A DNA stretch of 64,000 nt from assembly GCF_009834535.1 (NCBI RefSeq), contig NC_045697.1, forward strand, positions 82,648,001 through 82,712,000. The letters run 5' to 3'. The notes beneath the pieces were generated by a model. That model saw nothing but the letters and a program-made list of their open reading frames with translations, did no database searches and had not been told where the DNA came from. A program made the translations under genes and the position numbers. The stretch comes from Camelus ferus. Lineage: Eukaryota. Positions 51,091 to 62,384 of this stretch are shown here, piece by piece; within the stretch, counting starts at the first letter, position 1; each line of letters begins with the position of its first letter.

Positions 51091-51994
51091 TAGTAAGGAA
51101 AAAGTCATGCTGATAATACTAAGAATAAAATACTACTACTACTATACTACCGATGATATAATACCAAATAATTGTTAAAAAGTAGGCAATAGGGACGTGA
51201 TGAAAGATCACAGCAGATAACCAATTTAACATTTGTGAGAAAATCTAAATAAAATACTTTTAAATAGGATTGTTTGGAAAAGTATTTAGAAAAGAAAGAA
51301 AAGATGCCACTTATTTTAACAAGGATCATTACTGCCTCCTTAGAGAGAACCACTGTGGATTAGACAAGTACTTTATGAATGGTTTCTCTGTTATTGGTCT
51401 ATCAAAGTTCATTTCCTGTGTGTTTCCACTTACCACAGGTCATTGCTGTGTCATCCCATCCACAGCAGATCTCACAAAGATCTCAGCTTCCCCACAGCCA
51501 AAATGTTCAGCTGTTTCATGATCCTCTTTTAGTACTGGTTTTGTTTCCCCGTATGATGCCAAGAACTTGGGACTATTTGCACTCTGAAAAGATGGCAGTG
51601 AAATCTGAACTATTCTTAGTGTCTCTAAACAGAAGTGCATTCTGGAGTTGCATTTATTTCTCCTGCACATGATGGAAGACCCTCCATGTATAGAGATTCC
51701 AAAATCTGAATCTCCATTTGTGGCAAAGAAAACCCAGCTGTCTTCTCTTACTTCTGTTTTCAAACATTTCCCCAGGCACAGAAGAGAAATGTATATTAGG
51801 CATTTTAAAATTGACTAATTCATATCCATAAGAGGCCACCTTTAAAATTTTGATTAAAATTTTCCACAATCATTAGAAAAACAAGACACTACCATATAGG
51901 TAAACTCTAATTTTTATAATAACAAGATGCCTACCAATATTTTACACATATTTCTGAGCAAATAGTAAAACAACTAAACAACACACTAAATAGT

Positions 51995-53074
51995 AAAGGA
52001 GTCATCAAGATGATGGAGTAGGAAGACTCTGAACTCATGTCCTCCCTTGGGCACCCCAAAACTACAACTATTTACAGGGAAACTACTGATGAGAAAAAAA
52101 ACCAGAATACTAGCAGAAAAGATCTTCTACAAGCAAAGATGTAAAGAAGGAAAAACCACAAGTCGGGTAGAAGTGGTGGAGATGCAACATAATCAAGACT
52201 CACACTCCAGGTCGGTGACCCACAACTGGGAGGATAATAACAGTTTCAGAGGTCCTCCCTCAGGAGGGAGTGATCCAAGCCCCACATCGGGCTCCCCAGC
52301 CTGGGGGCCCCACAAAGTATGATTTCACTTATACATGGAATCTAAAAAGACTGAAACAAAAGAGCAAGAAGACAGTAACAGAATTATAGATACAGAAAAC
52401 AAATAGGTTGGGGAGGAAAGAAATAGATGAGGCAGATTAAGAGGTACAAACTTCCAGTTACAAAATGAATGAGTCACAGATACAAAATGAACAACGTGGG
52501 GCATATAGTCAATAACTAAATAATACCTCTGTTTCCTGGCATATAACTAGACCTATTGTGGCGATCATTTTGAAATGTAAAGGGGAAAAAAAAATCACTA
52601 TGTTGTACAACAGGAACTAATACAGTGTTGCAGGTCAATTATACTTCAAAAACAAGTGAACAAATTCATAGAAAAAGTGATGAGATTTGTGGTTACCAGA
52701 GGCAAGCATAGGGGGAGGGGGAACTGGATGAAAGTTGTCAAAAGGTACAAACTTCCAGTTTTAAGATAAATAAGTATTAGAGATGTAATAAACAACATGA
52801 TAAATACAATGGTCATTTCTGTGTGTTATATATGAAAGTTGTTGAGAGAGTAAATCCTAAGAATTCTCATCACAAAAAAAGTTTTTTCTATATTTTTCAT
52901 TGGGTACCTCTATGAGATGATGGTTGTTCATTAAACTTATTGTGATAATCATTCCATGATGTGTGCAAATCAAATCATTAAGTTGTACACCTTAAATTTA
53001 TACAGTATTGTATGTCAATGATATCTCAATAAAGCTGGAATTTTTTTTTAATTTTAAAAGTCTTTTAAAAAAGA
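51995..53074 (+). mobile_element. Internally deleted L1: 5' UTR start fused to 3' end
   Basis: Begins GGAGTCATCAAGATGATGGAGTAGGAAGAC (L1 5' terminus with YY1-type AAGATG motif). At ~52311 switches to TATGATTTCACTTATACATGGAATCTAAAAA (ORF2 end) and the 3' UTR ending ATCTCAATAAAGCTGG. Candidate TSD at 51967-51982 / 53075-53090 (14/16 identical). Confidence 0.8.
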
Positions 53075-53536
53075 AAAAGAAATAAACAACCATCCAGATG
53101 CTAAATGTCAGAATGTTTGGCCATGTCAGTACTTTTAAAACATCGCTTTTCTTCCAGAAGTTGTCCATCACTGTATATTTAACCTTCTTTAATAAATGTT
53201 GTCATATTTTGCAAGTGGCAAATTGAATGAGAAATCACAAAATTAGCAGCAGTTTTAATCTCATATAAAGCAAGTCTAATTTCACCTTACCCTTTCATTG
53301 TTAGTGTTGGTGATCATATCGTAGTCTCTGAATTGTCAGCTAAATACTACATATAATAAAGTTATAAAAATGTATTCTTATTTGAAAAAATACAGTATTT
53401 TATCATTTTAGCATTATTCTTGCTATTGCTTAATTCCAATTATTAGAATTAAAGTATGCTTTGTAATTATTTGCTATTATTAAGACGATAGATCTCACCG
53501 TGGATAGCACTTTTTTTGTTTGTTTTCTGTTGAAAG

Positions 53537-54158
53537 TGTACCGGTTCAGAGCATGTTACGCCAAAATATCCCATTTCAGCATGTTGAATATTTTGAGTTA
53601 AAGGCACTTGAGAAACAGCAGGTGCAGGAGGAATTCTCTAATCTTTTTTTCTTCCTAAAAGCAGGAGATAAAATTCCTATGTGAAAGGTACCCTCCCTGT
53701 ACCTTTCACATAGGAAGGCAGCCATTCTTGTAATTGGAGATGGGAAGCTGAGGCTGAGAGAAATCTACACAAACAAATTGGTTAAACTAAGCGTTATCTT
53801 CCTAGTTACTTTTCCTCCAAGAACTTTGCCAGCCTAAACTCCTCTTTCTTGTAACATTTTCATAAGTGGCCACCTTTAAAATCTTTGTCCGACTTCCCCT
53901 TCTTAAGTTCAGGTTTAGACACAGTTCCAGATCCTTCAACATTTTTCCCCAAATCATATATAGTCTTCTAGATAAGTTCCAGTTTGGAAGAATTCAGCTC
54001 TAATTGCTTTTCTAGGGTCTTCATTTTTCTAGTGAGGGCTATCATGTACATGTAAAAATTACTAAAAAACTGTAGGCTTTTCTTCTCTTAATCTGTTTTA
54101 TGTCAGTCCCTGCTGTATATCCTAAGACAGTAGAGGAGGAATTTTACCTGCTGCACCA
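53537..54158 (+). mobile_element. MER34-like ERV1 solo LTR carrying a ~95-bp foreign insert
   Basis: TGTA..GGTTCAGAGCATGTTACGCCAAAATAT...TTGAGAAACAGCAGGTGCAGGA...TTAATCTGTTTTATGTCAG...CCTAAGACAGTAGAGG...CA; perfect 4-bp TSD AAAG (53533-53536, 54159-54162). Confidence 0.88.
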
Positions 54159-55374
54159 AAAGTGGTTATTAAATCAAATTCTTACTTTTTTTTCCACATT
54201 GAAGTATCTATACTGTTCTATCAGCATTTTCCATGAGATTTATTTATTTTATTCTTGATTCATCTTAGTGGCCTTACAATTTATGGAAGTTAGATTATTC
54301 TTCATTCATAGGAGAGCCATATTGGCTACTATTTATCCATCCACTGTCATTATTTCACAGGATTTTATCCCCACATTGGCTAAAATATTACCTTCCTTGC
54401 TCAGCAGAACAATAAAACCTGTTTCAAAAATCTACACATACAGTTCAAAACACTAATATTTAAATGGGCAGTGGATGCTAGCTTGTATTGGATGAAAGTA
54501 TTCTATTCGGTCTAGCCATTTCTTGATAATACTGAGATAAATAAATTTATAACACAGATGAAGCTAAGGATATATCTACGGTTCATGCATTTGAAAACAA
54601 AGAAGCTAGAATTACACATACACTGCATCCATCTTTTCGCAGTCCATAAACCCTAATGGATTGTCATTTCCCTTCAATTTTTGTTGACTCACTTATACCT
54701 TCCATTTTGTTTGATCACCTGTAGGAAAAGATGCATTCACTTCACCTCGCTTTAGAGTGCATAACTCAAATATGTAAATTTGGTTATTTTCCTAGAGAAT
54801 TTCAGCCCTATGAACAATAAGTCAAGTATGAGGAATTTATTTTCAGTAAGTCAGAAGACTGCAAGCCTGGAAATTATATTAAGAACAAAACTAAACATTT
54901 CAGGAAAAATTCTTCTAGTTAGCACACATTATACAGATAATTACTAAATAAGAGTTTTAAATCTCCTAAGATTTTAAAATCTACTAAGGCCTGTATTAGC
55001 ATTCCAATGTGTATCAGTATATCAGTATCCCCAATTCTCCCCCTGCCCCCACACATATTTCAGATCTAGTTTAGAAATCTATGTGATTGATTTGTATGGG
55101 AAAATAAAAAAAAAATCCAGGACATATCTGGCTTGGGAGATGACTTCTGTTTGACACTGATGACACAATAATATGCATAGTAAAAAGCCACCATGAAAAG
55201 GGAACTCAAGATATTACCTTTTTCAAACTCACTACCCACCCTCTCATCCTTATATTTCTAGAGATCTCACAATAAAGTATAAATTTGTCCTCCAAAGTCA
55301 CATTTTGGAGGCTATATAAAGAAGCTAACATATATGAGGTAAATTTCATGTGCCAGATGATGTGATGGTGATGA

Positions 55375-55865
55375 TTTTACCTAACACAGAGATTTACTCA
55401 TTGCTAAGCACTTTCCATACCTTGACTTGCTTAATTCCCACAACTTATATTTTAAGGCATGCAAATTTATTAACACAATTTCACAAGTGAGAAAAATGCT
55501 AGTAATTGGAAGAACTGAGATTTGTACTGACACCATCTAGTTCCAGAGTCTACGCTTTTATTCACTCCATTCTAATACCCCTTAGGTTCAGTTACGGGCT
55601 CTTAAAAATTATGCCAAAATACTTAAGCCATTGTACCCACTAGAGGCCACTGTGATGTAGTGAATAGAAAACATGATTAGAATATTAAATCAGTATTTAA
55701 GATTTGAGCCTGTAATGGCTTTTTTGATCTTTCTTGTCTTCAGTTTCTTCGTCTAATGAGACAGCAAAAAAAAAAAATCTGTCTTGCATTGCTTCAATAA
55801 TGTTGTAAGTGTGCAGTGAAATGGTTAATGTAAAAACGTTGAAACTGTAAAGGATTACAACAATT
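55375..55865. mobile_element. MIR fragments (minus ~55375-55580, plus ~55645-55865)
   Basis: GCTAAGCACTTTCCATAC...CAATTTCACAAGTGAGAAAA...TCCAGAGTCTACGCTTTTA; then GTGATGTAGTGAATAGA...CTTCAGTTTCTTCGTCT...ATGTAAAAACG..AAACTGTAAAG. Confidence 0.55.
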
Positions 55866-55992
55866 TAAAACACATTTTTCTTACAGTGTAGCCTGTTGGA
55901 ATAATTTTCAATATTAGAGTATTCTTCTAAACAGAAATATGCCTCTCTAATATCACAAGCTCACTAATTTTTTTCCCTTTTTGGTGTTAAAA

Positions 55993-56130
55993 GTTCAAAT
56001 TTTGTCAACATATTTACCAAATCTTTCATCTTCCTCTTGATAAGTTTAGGTTTGAACACTGTTCCAGATCCTTCAACATTTTTTCCCCAAATCTTAACAT
56101 ATTCCTCCAGATAAGTTCCAGTTTGAAAAC
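55993..56130 (+). repeat. Degenerate two-unit ~69-bp tandem repeat; source/sister of the insert at 53893-53986
   Basis: Unit A GTTCAAATTTTGTCAACATATTTACCAAATCTTTCATCTTCCTCTTGATAAGTTTAGGTTTGAACAC aligns with unit B GTTCCAGATCCTTCAACATTTTTTCCCCAAATCTTAACATATTCCTCCAGATAAGTTCCAGTTTGAAAAC. Confidence 0.7.
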
Positions 56131-57220
56131 AGTACCTCAAAGTAAACCTGAGTGTGACCAGTGCAGACATTTTCCACATTTTTCTGGAGAATCTACCTAG
56201 TTTCTCAGCTGTTGCAGGTATATATATTTACCACTACAGCGTTTTTTTTTTTCTTTTTTTACTTTTTTTGTTTGCCTTCGCATCTCATTAATTCTGGATT
56301 CTGAATGTGTCTATTGAAATCTCTAAACCTTTGCTGTAAATCTAGATACACTTTTGTACACTCTATGTACAGGTAAGCTTAAACAGAAGTCTCACACCTA
56401 TCAAAGGAAGGATCTGGAGACAAAGAGAGAGGAATATCAAAATTTCCAAATTTGTACCAGCACCTGTGTGTGTGTCTGTCTCTGTGTGTGTATATGAGTG
56501 TGTGTGTGCCTATATGTTACAATTTCAAATCTGTATTCACTAGTACAACCTGTAAAGATGTGAATCAGCTGAAACAGTCTTTGCATCAACTAGATCATTT
56601 CTTCTAAAAGTAACAATGTTTACTCCTTTAAAAGTAACAATGTTCATATTCAGACTTTTCTACTGACTTAAGCAAATAGCTTTTTTTAAGAACATGGACA
56701 GTAATAAAACATCATAAATGTTCATTTGAAGAAAAAAAATGGGGAACAATGAATGAATTAAAAAAACAACCAAAGAAAAAAATCATGCTATAAAAACTAA
56801 CTCTATACTGTCATAGGATAAGTTAACTGGAAGATGCCACCTTAATGAGTTGACAAGTTCAAATTTATCTAATTAGGTACTGATACAAAGATACATATTA
56901 GTCCTCAAAACAAAGAGCTGAGGTCAGGGTCTCTATCATGATTGGAACAAAGTTCACCCTGGTTACATCATTGTAAATTGTCCTATATTATGAAATAATA
57001 AAATCCAAATAGAAGTCCTCTTTTAAGAGATAGTTATAAATCAAACATAGAGCACCCAGGCATACTTAGTCTATTTTTTCTCTTGGACAGAGATTTCCAA
57101 GACTGAGACTTGGTCAGTCATAGTATCTCTTTCAGTAATACCTGTCCAATGTACCAGTGTACCCAGAAGTCTGTTATTTACATTTTATTCCTATGGTAAG
57201 GAGTAATCGCACCAGGAAAA

Positions 57221-57223
<3 letters not shown>

Positions 57224-57251
<28 letters not shown>
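57224..57251 (+). repeat. (TG)n microsatellite
   Basis: About 13 TG units. Confidence 0.95.
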
Positions 57252-58084
57252 CTGTTGGAAAAATTTCTCTCTTTAACCCAAGGTGGGACTTTGCTTATTG
57301 ACTAAGAAAAACTTTTTATTGTGAATACAGTTTCCTTTTGTCTTTCTTGGTACTGTCCATCAAATAGAATCCTTACAGACAATCTTACTTCCTGCAGGAT
57401 TATTTTATTACCGCCCCAGCTACTCTGTTCCTTATGCAGGGAAATAGCATGACCTTCCCCCCACCCTCTTGTCCTTGTGGGTCTCCCATGCAGCATCTGG
57501 GGCAGCTGCTATTCCTGTAGATAATGAAGCAGAAGGATAGTTCTGTAAGTCCTTAGTGTGGTTTCAAGACCAGGAATGTGATGAGGATGCCTTAGAGAAC
57601 ATGTTTATTTTAAGTCAAGATTCTAGATTCAATGTCAATAGATTCAGAACCTTTTGACAATGAACAAGAATCTTGACATTTTCTTCTTGGGCGTCTAAGT
57701 GCTCTCTGTCATCAGAAATTAATGATTTCAAAGGCAGGTGTTGCAAAGCAGAGACCGCTGCATTCTGTCTTGGGAACAGATCACAGTGAAAAAGGGAACG
57801 AGCCCAGAGTTTAAAACTAAAATGGTATTTGCATATAAATATTAAAGAAGATAAATGGGTATAGGGTGAATAGGAGTATATGAAGATGAACTTTGTAGAA
57901 ATAAACAGCACTAGAAAAAAAAAAAACAATTGAGAGGATTCCAATATCCAAGTAAATACTTTATAAAAAACTCATTCAGCCTCAGACATTAATAATTTGA
58001 CTCATTAATTCACATTAATATGAATAATTTTGAGATGAAATTTTTAGTCCAGTGGAATGTTTTTCATGACCACTTAACTCATTT

Positions 58085-58292
58085 TTCAGATTGGATGCAA
58101 ATTCCACCATTTATTGGTTATACAATGTAGACTAAGATTATAAAACCTTAGTGCTTCCGTTTCATTGTGTGTAGATTGAGAATAACAGTCCTAGCCTCAA
58201 ATTGTTGTGATATAGTTAAAGAGATAACCCATATAAGGAGTTTAGAAAATGCTTGCCTCATGAGTGCTCAGTAAGGGATGTGTTATTATTAC
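58085..58292 (+). mobile_element. MIR SINE
   Basis: GTGCTTCCGTTTCATTGTGTGTAGATTGAGAATAACAGT...TTGTTGTGA...AAGAGATAA...TGAGTGCTCAGTAA...TTATTATTA. Confidence 0.7.
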
Positions 58293-60320
58293 TAAGTGAA
58301 GTGAAATATATTACCCCTATTTATGATCCTAGTCATGGTGCCAATAGTTTATATACATTCAGAATTTGCAAATTTTGATTGTCAGAAACCCAAACGGCAT
58401 GACTCTCCTTCACTTTTGAGAAGTTCTTGCGATGTAAGATTTTTAGACCTAAGCTCCCCAAATATACAACTTTACAAAATATACAAATTACATGAAATAA
58501 AGTGTTAAGTGGGTGAAAAATCTACTGTATTTCCCTAACCATGTGATACATTTTCACAGCTTTAGGAAATAGAAAAAGGAAACAAAGTTTCCCAGTACCA
58601 TTGTGTTCCGTTCTTGCAATAATTCAAAGTTGGAGGACAAAGGGAAGGGAATACAAGGTAGGACAAGCTCTCCAATGTCAATTTCATCATCTCAAAACAA
58701 GTTCTCTGTGTAAAAGTTTAAAAAAAAAAGATGGAGCAAACATTTTTTTCCCTTGTGTTCTTCCTACAAAGAAATAATTTATTATCATTTACTAAATAAT
58801 AGAGGCTAAAACTTAGACACACTGATGAGGTTATAGGCTAAAATTCCATAGATAGAACCTTCTGCTGAAAGCAGGAAAGATAAAAAAAATTCACCCCAAC
58901 AAATACCAACCGGAGTAAAAGATTCACTCAAGCAGAGATAGACCAAATGATTTGGCAGATCTTTTTGGGTGTCACTTGAGAGAACATTCAGGCTGTAGTC
59001 TGGTTCTCTTTGAAGCTCTCTTCCCAGGCAAGTGCCACATGGATTATGTATTGGGAGAGATTTTGTCTGGAGCATTTCCAGATGCCATCACGTAGATACT
59101 TTCTTGTGAGTCTTTAATGCAACAATCTAGGTTGACTCCCTAATGACACCCGAGCAAGGATGTTTTATTATCTCCATGAGTGAATGAAATAAAATGTGAC
59201 TTTATTGTTCCTGGAAGGCTGTTTTTTTTTTTTTTTTCCCATTAACTCTTTCAAGCAATCTATTTTGTAAGTTGTAAAATAAGTATTTAATAGGTTGGCA
59301 TTCACTTGTAACTAAAAGAATAAAATATCCTAGATAAATATGACTTGCAAAATAAATCTATATTTATTGCCTGGAAAGAGACAGAGCCAAATGGCGTTGA
59401 TTCTGGTGTAATGCTTGGTAGCCTTCATCCATCTGTTAAGGACCTGATGCAGAGTTCAATTTACATTTTGCCTCGAGAATTTTAAGGCATTCCCTGGATT
59501 CAGACATAGTATCTCCAGACTGCTGATGTGATTTATAATCAAAGTCTCTTTTAGAAGCTTTATTTACCAACATAGTGTAGAAAGAAAGTTTTTACTTCAT
59601 AAAAGCCTTTCTGATGCAACTTTAGTTTTTCTTTGTCTGTTTCAGTTCTTACAATTCTTATTATAGGACAGTTTTATGAATTACATATTTTGAGACTCCC
59701 AACTGAGTTCAAGCAACAGACATATATATATATACTGGTTTAAAACCCAGCACCAGTACAATGCAACTTTTCTAAAATTATCAATAAATATTTATGATGG
59801 AATATTACAATGCAGCTTGAACACTACTTTGTGACCTTACTTTGTGAACCACGGAGCATTATATGCTTTAAATAATTGCCCACAATTTTGTAGATTTGGG
59901 GATTATTTCAGATGCATCTAAATTTGTTGATAGGGTATTTTCTTTCTGGAAGAAAAATAAAAACTATTAAATAAGTCTCTATTGCAATATCAGGACAATT
60001 TTAAACCATTACATTTTTATACTGCTTTAGTAAGTTTATGTATGTTATTGTAACACACTAGAAATCTGAAGCATAGATTGTTCTTCAAATAAAGTAAATT
60101 CATACAAAACAGAAAGAACTTTGTTCTTCTGGGTCAAAGAAAAATTAAAAGCCTGTCATTAAATGATTATAATATAAGAATGCTTGCAATACATGCTTTT
60201 CTTCTGGACAGTGGAGGGGCTTGGAGATAATTAAATAAGTGACTGAACAAATTCCGAGACTTTGCCTCTCTCCCTCCTTCTTTCTTTCCATATGAAATTA
60301 GGTCTTATTTAGAGAACATT

Positions 60321-60369
60321 TAGATAGGTAGGTAGGTAGGTAGGTAGGTAAATAGATAGACAGACAGAC
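60321..60369 (+). repeat. Compound (TAGG)n(TAGA)n(CAGA)n microsatellite
   Basis: TAGATAGGTAGGTAGGTAGGTAGGTAGGTAAATAGATAGACAGACAGAC. Confidence 0.9.
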
Positions 60370-61929
60370 CCCCCCAAAAGGAATTTGGAACGAAGATAAA
60401 AAGCAAAGTTAAACATATTCACACCATTTCATATTCAATGATTCCAACTATTTTTAACACAAACTGACTATAAAGAAGTGATATTTTCTTACAGATTTCT
60501 ATATAATTATGTCACAGTTTTAGAAAACTTTTCACAGATTTTAATTATATATTAGTGTGTATCCTATTGACACCAATTAAAAGCTTCACAGAAAATGAGA
60601 TCCTGTGTGGGACTTTTACTCAAAACAGAACCATAGTTACCATCAAGGACAAATGGAAGACAGAGGTTTTTTTCGCCCGTCACCATGCGGCTCCACATCT
60701 GCCAGGCTTCACAGAGACTAACAGTTGCTACTCTTTGATGAATTATTTAATAGCTGGTAAGAAATCTGTCTGTGATATCAGTTCTGTTCCTGGTGACATA
60801 TGGTGTAAGGATGTTAAAGGAAATTTTGTGGAAAACAAAAATTGAAGGAATTTAAAGACAGAAGACGAAGACAATTGATCTCAGAGGCCTTATGTGGAAT
60901 AAGAATAGAAGACATGTTAATAATTGTCAAGAATTTATAAGCCTACTAAATGACAAGATTTTGAATTTTCACTTTTTCTTATATAGGTAGAGATCTTTAA
61001 CCAAAGTAGTTGGTTATTCACTGGGCTATAATATTTTGTGTATGGTGCAAAGATGCAGAATACTACCTGCTGGATTCAGCCCTGGATTTATGACATCGAT
61101 ATCATTGATTGCCAATAAGCCTGAGATTGTTTACATAGCAATTTATTATATGATCAGAAAATAGAATTGTCTGTTTAATACAAAGACTTAGTAATTTAAC
61201 ATGTAGACTTTATATGGATGGACTCCATTAAAAATTTGAATATCAAAAATTATAAAATAAAATTTTGAATATATAAATTAATAACAACATGGAAACATAC
61301 TATTCAGAAGTTGCTTTGGGATATTTTATGGACTTCCCACTTGTAAAAATCAATTATCATAGGTAGACCCTGGTATTTTTATTTCTGATGTTCAGAAATT
61401 CATACAAATTTCAACTTTCCAGAGAAAGTCATTATTTAAAAGTAATTTGAATTTGAAAAATACACAGTGCTTATGGGAAAAACTACAAAACTTCTGACCA
61501 AAATAAACTTCTACATTTAAGACATAATATTGTGAGAGATAATCTAGTCTTTAAAGCGCTGGGGGAGGAAAACAAAACAGGATGCCATGTATTGTACAAG
61601 AAACGGAGTACAAAATCTTAGACACAAGCTTTAGAAGGAGAGAAAGGAGAAAAACTATCAAGATTCTTTTTTCTTTTTTCTTTTTTGAAGGGGTTGGTTT
61701 GGTAACAGTAGTCAGTGTAGCTGAGCTTCAGCCCTACTTTTCCCTTAGCTGCTGATATCAGGAGACTATCCTCTCTATTACCTAGAATCAGAGGGACAGT
61801 ACCATCTGGGGAACTTCAATCTAAAAGCAAGAATAAATAATTTCACATCTCTGATGATGTCAGGAGCACGTGGAACGGAGATAGTACTTGTTCTAATTTA
61901 GGGTGATCTCAATAAGGTCTTGTACCTTG

Positions 61930-62384
61930 TGAAACCAAACACTTATGAATAGGATTGGTACCCTTGTAAAAAAAAGATCCCAGTTAGCGCCCCGACATCA
62001 TCATTAGGGGAGAGAGCTTGTGTTTAAATCTGGATACAGCAAATACAGGTGGGGATTTATATGCAATGAACAGAATAAGAGGGTCATTGGATGGAAAATC
62101 ACTAAAAAGAAACATCAAGGGTAAGAGATTCTTGCTAAACTGGCCTAATAGGATTCTTGCTAAAGGCTGATGAAAGATTTACACATCAAAAGTGAGCGAT
62201 GAGTAACTGGAGAAGATATCACGAATGGTCAGATATCAAGGGTGGGGAGATGACTTAGCAGAATTCTTTGCTAAGGTTGGGATAGACAGCTTAAAGACAG
62301 GACGGGGACTAAGGTCCAAGCCTAGTCAAAAAGAATACTTTGAGGAACATGACCAACGTTTGGTCAAGGAGAGAGTCTTTGTCA
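61930..62384 (-). mobile_element. MER31/MER67-like ERV1 solo LTR
   Basis: Reverse complement begins TGACAAAGACTCTCTCCTTGACCAAAC, with repeated TTTAGCAAGAATC motifs and CCACCCTTGATATCTGA, as recalled for the MER31/MER67 group; left boundary approximate. Confidence 0.8.

Noticed and set aside
53893..56130. CRISPR-like or other regularly spaced repeat array
   Set aside because: Only a few degenerate copies with irregular spacing, no unique spacers and no cas genes, in a mammalian context.
55964..56179. Leucine-rich-repeat (ANP32-like) pseudo-exon, suggested by the ~70-bp period and a minus-strand 'KLEL...EQCSNLNLS' reading
   Set aside because: It needs frame changes, the spacing does not fit an LRR consensus, and I see no convincing nucleotide similarity or splice sites.
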